From NCBI GenBank assembly GCA_946965045.2, contig OX337229.1:5332001-5396000 (forward strand): 64,000 bases of DNA, in the 5' to 3' direction. The translations under genes were made by a program, and so were the position numbers. Under the pieces are notes generated by a model. The model did no database searches, had not been told where the DNA came from, and saw only the letters and a list, made by a program, of their open reading frames with translations. This DNA comes from Epithemia pelagica. Its lineage: Eukaryota > Protista > Bacillariophyta. Below, in pieces: positions 42,512-51,100 of this stretch (positions are counted from its first letter, which is position 1; each line of letters starts with the position of its first letter).

Positions 42512-43397
42512 TTCAGTATGAACGGGACGGGTGGGCCGGAAGGCTTGGGGTCTGGGGTGGGAATTTCCAGAAAGACCAGCTGTTCCGAAAACGGACAGAC
42601 ACTAGAGTAAAAAGTACAATTGAGCAAACATGGCGGTTGATGAAACGGTTAAATATATATGGCAATGAAATAGCAATGACTATTTTAATGGTCAGTCATG
42701 GTATGATTTGGAGGTGCACCTCCAACCGCGTAAAATGTGAGTGGGGACTTACCCTTGACGAATCTCTAGTAGTAATGTAAGACGCCCAACCGTTCTGGAA
42801 TGACTGAAACAAGACTTTTTGTTTGAAAGCTCGTAGGAACAGGTAGCAAGACGTTAGAGAGAATTGCTGTGTTCGATAACGGGCATGAATCGCTACAACG
42901 GCAGAGTTAAATTCATATTATCATCATACAGCAACAAAGAATTATAAATTGACTAGGAAAGCATATATTATGAATTTTGTTTTTCTTCGTTCGTTCTGCT
43001 GACCAGGATGCATGTGGTATTGATAATAGCATATTGGTATACGATAAAAGCAGAAGCCCTTATATCTCTCGATTGGCACTCATATTGTATTTCAGTACAC
43101 ATATCACAATCGCTCAATTCAGTATGAACGGGACGGGTGGGCCGTAAGGCTTGGGGTCTGGGGTGGGAATTTCCAGAAAGACCAGCTGTACCGAAAACGG
43201 ACGGACAGTAGAGTAAAAAGTACAATTGAGCAGACATGGCGGTTGATGAAACGGTTAAATATATATGGCAATGATATAGCAATGACTATTTTAATGGTCA
43301 GTCATGGTATGATTTGGAGGTGCACCTCCAACCGCGTAAAATGTGAGTGGCGACTCACCCTTGACGTATCGTTAGTAATAATGTAAGACTCCCAACC
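42512..43397. repeat. Pair of ~280-bp direct repeats (42512-42791 and 43118-43397, offset 606)
   Basis: TTCAGTATGAACGGGACGGGTGGGCC...CCCAACC occurs twice with scattered substitutions (over 90% identical by eye). Confidence 0.92.
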
Positions 43398-43896
43398 ATC
43401 GATCTATGACCACCACAAGCGTTTTTTGTGTCGAAGCCTGTAATTTGACGTTGAATGACGTTACGAGCTCCCGGCTCACGATCGCACCACTGCATAATAG
43501 CACCACCATCACCATGAACAGTAAAGCCGCAGTGCACCTCCAACGAAAGGTGCTAGCACTCCTCCGACCATCAAGCATGCCTCAGAATGGAGTGTACCGT
43601 GAAGGTTGAAAAGGGCGGCGATGAGTTGGATAGTTTGATCGAGCTACAACTACATTTGCAATGTCTTTCAGTTTGATGAGTGATGAGGGAAAGTCGTGAC
43701 AAGAATATCAACAATGGAGACAGATAACGATGGAAAGATAAAGATCACAACGGAGGAACGACGGAGAAAGATTCAATTCGGGTCAAGGAATGATGGACGA
43801 CCCGGAAATTGAAACACGGCAATCAGACGGGTGGTTTTGAAGCATCAAGGAAGTATCTGTCAGAAGACGACGACACAGCTTCTGTTGTCGGCGACA

Positions 43897-45228
43897 ATGG
43901 TGGCGGTGCTGCTGCTGCTTCGAGTGGATACCGTGGAGCTGTGGTGGCAGTCGAAGATCGCGTGGTCGTTCTTCTCCTTCCGCCATGCGACAAACGTTGA
44001 GTCACACAGCGTCATTATTGACGAGCGGCCACAACGACCACGACTGGACGAAAAATGGTCGTGCCCGAGGCTGTGCCCAATCCACGAATGCAACAATCAC
44101 GGAAACAAGCACGGAGGGTTGCATCCAAGCAACCACCATCACCAGCGACAACAGCACACCAGCAAGAAGAAAAAGAAGAACCAACAGGACATTCCAGAGA
44201 ATTGTTCCTCGAGTACTGCTAGTCGCTTTCATGTTTGGAATTATGACAAGAAACGACCTCCAACACATGCACATCCAGAACGTGATTTAGAGGAGGACGA
44301 CGACAAGCCCCATTCCGTTGACTCCAGGATTGTTTCTTCCACAGCCTCGTATTTGACCTCGTGTCTGACGGCTGCCTTTACCATTGGTTATGGTGTCGGA
44401 ACCTGGCCGCATCATTTGCCGACAAGCAGCAGCCGCAGGACAAGCAGGAGCAGTACAGATCGTGGGCGGGGAGACGAAACGGATGCCGAAACAGGATCAT
44501 TGTCCTGGTCCTTTTCGTCCGAGAATCCTCCTATCAGCCATAGCAGCCATGTCAGCACAAAAACGACTCTTCTTTCTCGCTCGCAAGTGGTGCGACAATT
44601 GCCACCCTGTGAATTTGTGCAGTTTCAATGTTGGTCTTGCCTGCAAGCACCGACTGGTGCGGCGACACAGGTGGCTGTCGTGCGGGCCGTGACACTGGCG
44701 TTGTCGTCGTGGGTGAGGAGTATTACTGCCATGGGTGGGAAACGACGAGGCAATCGCCATTCAAATAAGTACTACAATCACAAAACAGACACTCGTACAA
44801 ACCATGATCCTCCCTTGGGTTGGTCCTGGTTGTTTCAAACCTTTGGTGTCGAACAATTGCACGTGCAAGCCTTGGATCGAGCCTTGTCCAGCAATCTGCG
44901 CAACATTGTGTTGGATCGCTTGCAACAAACGGGTACCACGGCCCAAAACAAAAAAGCCTTGATGCGAATCCTCCACGAGTTGCCAGAAAAACCACAAGGA
45001 AAGGACTCCACAGACCTGGCCTGGTCCTTTCCAGAGTACTACTCGTCCCGTAATCGAAGAATGGTGGTGAACCAAACCGAGCCGAACCAGCAGCTGCAGC
45101 GTCACCCTAAGAGGTGGTGGTGGAACAAGAACCCGCATCACAACAAGATGTGGTGGCATGGCAAAAAGGACAAGACGAGCCTCGATCATTCTCCTTCTTT
45201 TTCTTTTAGCAACAATGATCCAAAATGA
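43897..45228 (+). CDS. Hypothetical low-complexity protein (start uncertain)
   Basis: Longest open frame in the interval (43831-45228); no recognisable domain. Confidence 0.45.
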   Translation: MVAVLLLLRVDTVELWWQSKIAWSFFSFRHATNVESHSVIIDERPQRPRLDEKWSCPRLCPIHECNNHGNKHGGLHPSNHHHQRQQHTSKKKKKNQQDIPENCSSSTASRFHVWNYDKKRPPTHAHPERDLEEDDDKPHSVDSRIVSSTASYLTSCLTAAFTIGYGVGTWPHHLPTSSSRRTSRSSTDRGRGDETDAETGSLSWSFSSENPPISHSSHVSTKTTLLSRSQVVRQLPPCEFVQFQCWSCLQAPTGAATQVAVVRAVTLALSSWVRSITAMGGKRRGNRHSNKYYNHKTDTRTNHDPPLGWSWLFQTFGVEQLHVQALDRALSSNLRNIVLDRLQQTGTTAQNKKALMRILHELPEKPQGKDSTDLAWSFPEYYSSRNRRMVVNQTEPNQQLQRHPKRWWWNKNPHHNKMWWHGKKDKTSLDHSPSFSFSNNDPK

Positions 45229-46126
45229 TTAGGAGTATATGATGTCGGTTCGTATGGTCAACGACCCTCCTCAGCAGGACCTTGTGGTTGTTTCTTCATG
45301 GTTCGCCCATGGCAAAACAATCCAAAATCAATCATTGGCCGCCATCACGCTGACCATGTTCTCTCTCTCATTCCCCCATAATTTGGCGGCGATAATGCGT
45401 AGATATCTCTTCCTCTTGTGGTTTTGGTTGGGGAACAGAAAAGTGCGGGGCAAAAACATCGCTACCATTCGCTATCGTCTAGCGACTACTGGTAGCGACT
45501 CCACTCCACTCCACTCGTATTCGGTGGAAGTGGAATCGTCATGGGGACACGAGCGAATGCAAGGTGCTTCTCGAGCTACCCTTTCCTCATCAATAGTAAT
45601 CGTAGGATTTCGCCCTCGTTTGGATGTTTGCGGGATAGATAAGTTCTGGCGAGCTTAGTAGTTTGGAACCAGTCCAACCATTCATGGTTCCCTTACTATG
45701 AACTAGAGGAATGATGTCGCATTCAAAGCAGGGAAATTTTGCAAACATCACATAATCTCTAGTTCATGTGGGCTCATCCACTACCACTAATACCTCTCTA
45801 CCTAGTAGAGGCGAGTCCTTCATCTCCCTGTCTACGACAATGGTAGTGCCGGCATTCAAAGCGATGAATATCATGTTGTGATTTTTGCCAATGATAGTGA
45901 CTATTTGTGTTTGAAGGCATTCATGGGCAACATGGATGAGGCCGAGGACGTACCTCTTGGACATTGCTGGAATGTAAGGTATTACCCTCTTATCCATCAA
46001 CAAGGAAACCTATACTCAACTTTTTCAAAATACTTGTACGGCAGGAACATGAAGACAAACAAAAACATGGTTACTTCTGAATTAGATTCAACATAGTAGA
46101 TCCTTCGACTGTGGCTGACCTAGCAC

Positions 46127-46309
46127 TTAGGAGAGACCAAACACCATCATGGCCATTCCAATCCCAAACACCAGTGAGAACGGATTCATGGACAGTGTCA
46201 CACTCGCACCCGACACTAAGGAGGTCTGGTTGTTGTTGGCAGACAAGGATGACTGGAACAAGTTCTCAAATTCCGTCCGTGTAAAACAAGTATCGGCTCC
46301 ACTCTCCTC
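46127..46309 (-). pseudogene. 3' fragment of a host gene split by copia 2 (hydrophobic, GPI-signal-like tail)
   Basis: Reads EESGADTCFTRTEFENLF...VSGASVTLSMNPFSLVFGIGMAMMVFGLS* and joins in frame to the 54601+ fragment through the TSD. Confidence 0.85.
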
Positions 46310-47067
46310 TGTTAGGATTCTCACCGAAAACTAGGTGGTGAAACCTACAACTCATCGAATGATGCTAGTATTTTATGGCATCCGATGACATTTTCCTAAA
46401 AGTGAGAAAAGAATGTCGGCATGCTCGCGAAACTATAAATTTGGCCACGGCATGCTCGCAGTGCACGCGTTATCGGCGACCGCTCGGATATTAACTATGG
46501 CCCAACACGTGCGCGCCCAAAACTATCAAGTGCGCGCCTCTACTATCCGAGTACGCGCATCCACGATTCGACCTAACGGTCTATGTAATCAAAGCACGAA
46601 TCACGATCACGCGAGACCATAACTCTGTTCCCACAAATCCAAGAATGCAAACAGCAACGCGTCCAGGACAAGACTTATACCACGACAAAGCAAGAGCTGT
46701 TGCATCCCATACATGTTATCCATCACCCTATACATTCAATACACACCAATGCCGGTCTACTCCAACCAGTGAGGACCTATCACACCAGATCCATGGCCGT
46801 ATACAAGAGCCAGGACTTCGGCACCATCAACCACCTTAGTTAGTAATCATCTCGCAATCATTAATATCACCATTTTAACACTCATCTTAAGACTAACCTC
46901 TTATCAGTGGACCGACTGCCCCCACCCACGGCGGACTTCGACTTGCAACTCTTCTCTGACCCGTGGAGGATTGTTGTATCGGTTGGTGATTCGATTGTCG
47001 GCTCAGCGAGCCTTTTACCTATCCTACCTATCTGTCTAACCCCTGTTGAATCGAGAGAAGTTTATCA
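46310..47067 (+). repeat. 5' LTR of copia 2
   Basis: TGTTAGGATT...AGTTTATCA; no difference from 53843-54600 found by eye. Confidence 0.97.
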
Positions 47068-47083
47068 GATTAACAGTCTCATC
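47068..47083 (+). promoter_or_regulatory. Putative PBS complementary to a tRNA-Asn(GTT) anticodon arm
   Basis: GATTAACAGTCTCATC; reverse complement contains TGAGA-CTGTTAA-TC, i.e. a stem strand, a 7-nt loop with GTT anticodon and the start of the 3' stem strand. Confidence 0.7.
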
Positions 47084-47105
47084 GTTTATTTCCGAGAAGC
47101 TTTCG

Positions 47106-47861
47106 ATGTCTCACGACGATTCCAACCTCTCTATTCGACACATCTTTCATTCCTTCCAACAAAGCGGGGAGGAACTCCATCCACCCGTGGCCCATCCGGG
47201 CGAGCCCTTGGTTGAAACTCCGAAACAGACCCCGACTCAGGCCAGTGCTCCGAATCCCTTCCAGACCCCGGACCAAGTGGTCCAGCCTCCTTCGATCCCG
47301 ACTCAACCTTCGACTCCGCCTCGCCGTTTGAACCCTACTCGCACCCGACGTACGAGCCGTCTTCTTACTGCGCATATCCGACACTTCCGCGAGCCGACTG
47401 AGTCGACTACCGACCCCGACGTGATCCGTTCCACAACCGAACGCGAGATCGATTTCCAGTCCGTCCAACCCGTGACTGACCTTGAGGACATCCAACGACT
47501 TCTCGACCTCTTGAACCAGTGCTCGAGACGCCGTTTCATTGTCCAAGCCCTGTTGGGCAACCCTGTGGAACCCATCCGTATTCGATTCATCTCCTTTGAA
47601 CGTCCAACCAACTACTTCCACACCATCTGGATCGTCAACTCGACGACGAATCCGCTACCTACCCCGACTACTCGTCTCGACGAGTACGTCTCCTTTGTTC
47701 ACGAGATCCATCTCTGCCAGGATTTCCGTGCGACTATCTACCCTCTCTTCACTCAACACGTGAACCACTTGTTGGAAGACGACGACGTTGAAGAACTAGC
47801 CACTACAGTGACCGACTCCGCATCTCGTCTTCAGTACCGAACCGAAAGTGACCAAGAATAA
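47106..47861 (+). CDS. Extra ORF (251 aa) between PBS and gag of copia 2, function unknown
   Basis: ATG 47106 to TAA 47861 without interruption; Pro/Thr-rich linker then a ~130-aa region of globular composition. Confidence 0.6.
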   Translation: MSHDDSNLSIRHIFHSFQQSGEELHPPVAHPGEPLVETPKQTPTQASAPNPFQTPDQVVQPPSIPTQPSTPPRRLNPTRTRRTSRLLTAHIRHFREPTESTTDPDVIRSTTEREIDFQSVQPVTDLEDIQRLLDLLNQCSRRRFIVQALLGNPVEPIRIRFISFERPTNYFHTIWIVNSTTNPLPTPTTRLDEYVSFVHEIHLCQDFRATIYPLFTQHVNHLLEDDDVEELATTVTDSASRLQYRTESDQE

Positions 47862-48175
47862 GTAACTTTACGTAGTTTCTACACCAAACCAGACACAAGA
47901 CCGAGTTCCGCACATCCGGGTACCCTTGGTCGCACAACACGCCACACATTCCCATCAAATCGCGAAAATTCGGCGAAAATTTGTTGAAACTCGGCGAAAA
48001 TTTGTCGGAATCAACGGAAATTTCCAGGAGTCGCACATCACAACACACATCCGGGTATCATATACGTGGTACATACGTGGCACACGTGGTACATCCGGGT
48101 TCACATCACATCACACATTAAATAAACCACATCACACCGCACATTAAATAAACATCGAACCAACCAAATAACACC

Positions 48176-51100
48176 ATGGATCCTCAAACACCCAAGACAC
48201 CGTTTACTCCTTCTGAGGACAAGTCAAGTCATATAACCAATCAAGATCTCTTCGACCATATAACTAAAGGCATCTTTGGTTGTAATGATGAACGAGCCCA
48301 ATCACTTCAAAAGTGGATGCGACATCATGGTTTTGAACATATCCTTCATGTCCTCGACCATGTTGCAACTGATCCCGAGGAGACACTCAAGGATCTCATG
48401 CAATACAAGGTTGGAAAACAAGTCAACGACCTACAGACAAGTACAAGATTACAACTCAAACTAATGGCATATTGGTTACTACAACAACGGCAACTCCAAC
48501 ATGGAAAACTACCCCGTGCTACATGGATGAACCTCACGAGGGACCAATATGACGATTGGAGGATCAACACCGACTTTACCAAGTCTGGTATGAACCAAGA
48601 CCCAGTTTCTCCTCTGAAATCACCTGCACACTCCGTATCATCCCGATCTCCCACTACATCCTCTACAACATCTCAATCCATGTTAGATCTCTCTGCTTTC
48701 AAGAAAGGAACCAAAAGAGATGCAACAGCATTTGAATCATTCAAAGACGAACGATACTTTGATTCGTTTTGGCGTGTATTCAAATCAACTGCGAAAGCAC
48801 AAGGATTGTCGAATGTTCTTGATTTCGATTACAAGGTACCCAAGGATGACGAATGCGCAGAGTTACTTTTCCGAGAACAACAAGTCTTTGTCTATTCTGT
48901 ACTTGTACGTATTATCCAAACCGACCAAGGAAGAGCATATGTTCGAGAACATGAACATGATGAAGATGCAAGAGCCGTCTTGAAGAAACTCCATGTTCTA
49001 CACACTGAATCTGATCTAGCTAAGCGAGAAGTGTTACGCCTAACAAGCTACATTTCGAATCTTCGACTGGATGACTCTTGGCGTGGTACAACTCGTCAGT
49101 TTCTCCTACATTTTCAAGAACAGCTACGACTTCTGGATAACCTTGTACCACTGTCGGATCGTATCCATGACCATACAAGGATGACCTTCCTTATGCAAGC
49201 TGTTGAAAAGGTACCTGATTTAAGACGAGTCAAGATCTTGGATAACGTTGTCAACACAAAATCTGGAGCCAAGTCTCTCTGTTATCAATCATATTTCCGC
49301 CTGCTTCTTGATGCTGCTTTTGACCATGACCAAGCTACCCGAACTTCTGCGTCTAACCGCCGTCGTCATGTAAAGCAACATGAATTTCAGTTGGATGAAC
49401 CTTTTGAACCAGTGGAGCCCCCTGACTACCAGATCAACAACACGAATATCCAATCCGAAAAGTCCTCAACTTCGTCAAAAATCAGCCTTCCAAGAGATGT
49501 ATGGTTTAAACTCTCTGAAGAGGATCGGCAAATCATTGTCGACTTCAATAAATCCGTCCAAGATTCCCCGACAACTCCACGCAAGGTCCAAACACATTCT
49601 CTTGACATTGATCCTGAACCGGACCCTGATCCTGATGCCAACAACATTGGTGATACCCATCAAGATGCACCAGAACAAGATCCATTCGATACATCCTCTG
49701 ATCCGGTTACCCAGTTCGTACACCAGGCTATCGCATCGACAGATATCAATCATCCAGCATCTGACCTCAGCAACATCTTGTCAACTTCTACGACAAAGTC
49801 AAGTCCTAAAGTCAAGTTCAAGTCTTCTGCTGATCACAAGCAAAAGGTTCATATGTCACGATATCTATTCTCCCGCAAATCCACCTTTTCTGGTAATCAA
49901 CTCATCGATCGAGGTGCCAATGGAGGCCTTGCAGGATCTGACATGCGTATCCTTGCCAAAACCGGACGTCATATTACCATCGTAGGTATTGACAATCATG
50001 AATTGACTGGCCTTCCAGTTGTTACCTGTGCTGCCAAGTTTGATACAAGTGATGGACCCATTATTGGTATCTTCAATGAGTATGCCCACTATGGAAAGGG
50101 TTTATCTATCCATGCCCCAGCGCAATTTGAACATTTCGGCCTATCTGTCGACGAACGATCCGTCAAGGTTGATGGCAAACAACGCATTACTACCCTTGAT
50201 GGACGCGCATTGCCCTTACGAATCAAGGATGGCCTTGCATACATTCAATCTCTGGGAATCCCTTCTGATGACGATATGGATAAATATCCGCATATTGTGT
50301 TCACTTCACCCCATATCTGGGATCCTTCTGTACTTGACCATACCCATCCAGACCCCCATCAAGACCCTGCACCGAACTGGACATCTGTGGAGACTGATGG
50401 TAGTATGGAAACGTACCCCTATGACCAATATGGGGAGTATACCGATCGCGTTGTATGCACTTTGAATCTCCTCCTTGATCTCCCATATGATCATGGCCCC
50501 GATACACCTTCCTTCTTTTCCATCTATGCTGATCAAGATGGCAACGACCCCACACTTCATGCGTCTGTCCACAAACTCTACAAGGAACAATACGACTGGA
50601 AGAAATTTCGCCCTTTCTTTGGGTGGCAATCGGAAGACGTAATCGCCGATACGTTCAAGCATACAACTCGTCATGGACACATTTCCTTTGACCAGGATAC
50701 CTTGAAGAAACACTTTAAGGCCCGGAATCCTATCCTTAACCTCCCACGACGGCATGAACCCGTTGCCACTGACTCCATCTTCTCCGACACCCCGGCTGTT
50801 AACCATGGTGGCAAGATTGCTCAGATTTTTGTTGGTCGTGATACTTTGGTTACTGACATTTATGGTATCAAGTCTACCAAGCAATTCGTCAATACCCTCC
50901 AGGATAACATTCGTACACGTGGTGTCATGGAGACTTTGATCAGTGATGGTGGTTCGTCACTTATTTCCCACAAGGTCAAGGATATTCTTCGCACCCTTCT
51001 GATTGGTGAATACCGTTCCGAGCCCTATCATCAACACCAGAACAAAGCTGAGAACCGCTACCAGACCGTTAAGCGTATGACCAATGCTATCATGAATGCC

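Noticed and set aside
45764-46096. Short ORFs of 72-79 aa near the 3' end of the split host gene
   Set aside because: No recognisable motif; overlapping on opposite strands; probably non-coding.
46413-47215. Small ORFs inside the copia 2 LTRs (also 53946-54634)
   Set aside because: Short, several with non-ATG starts, and duplicated only because the LTR is duplicated.
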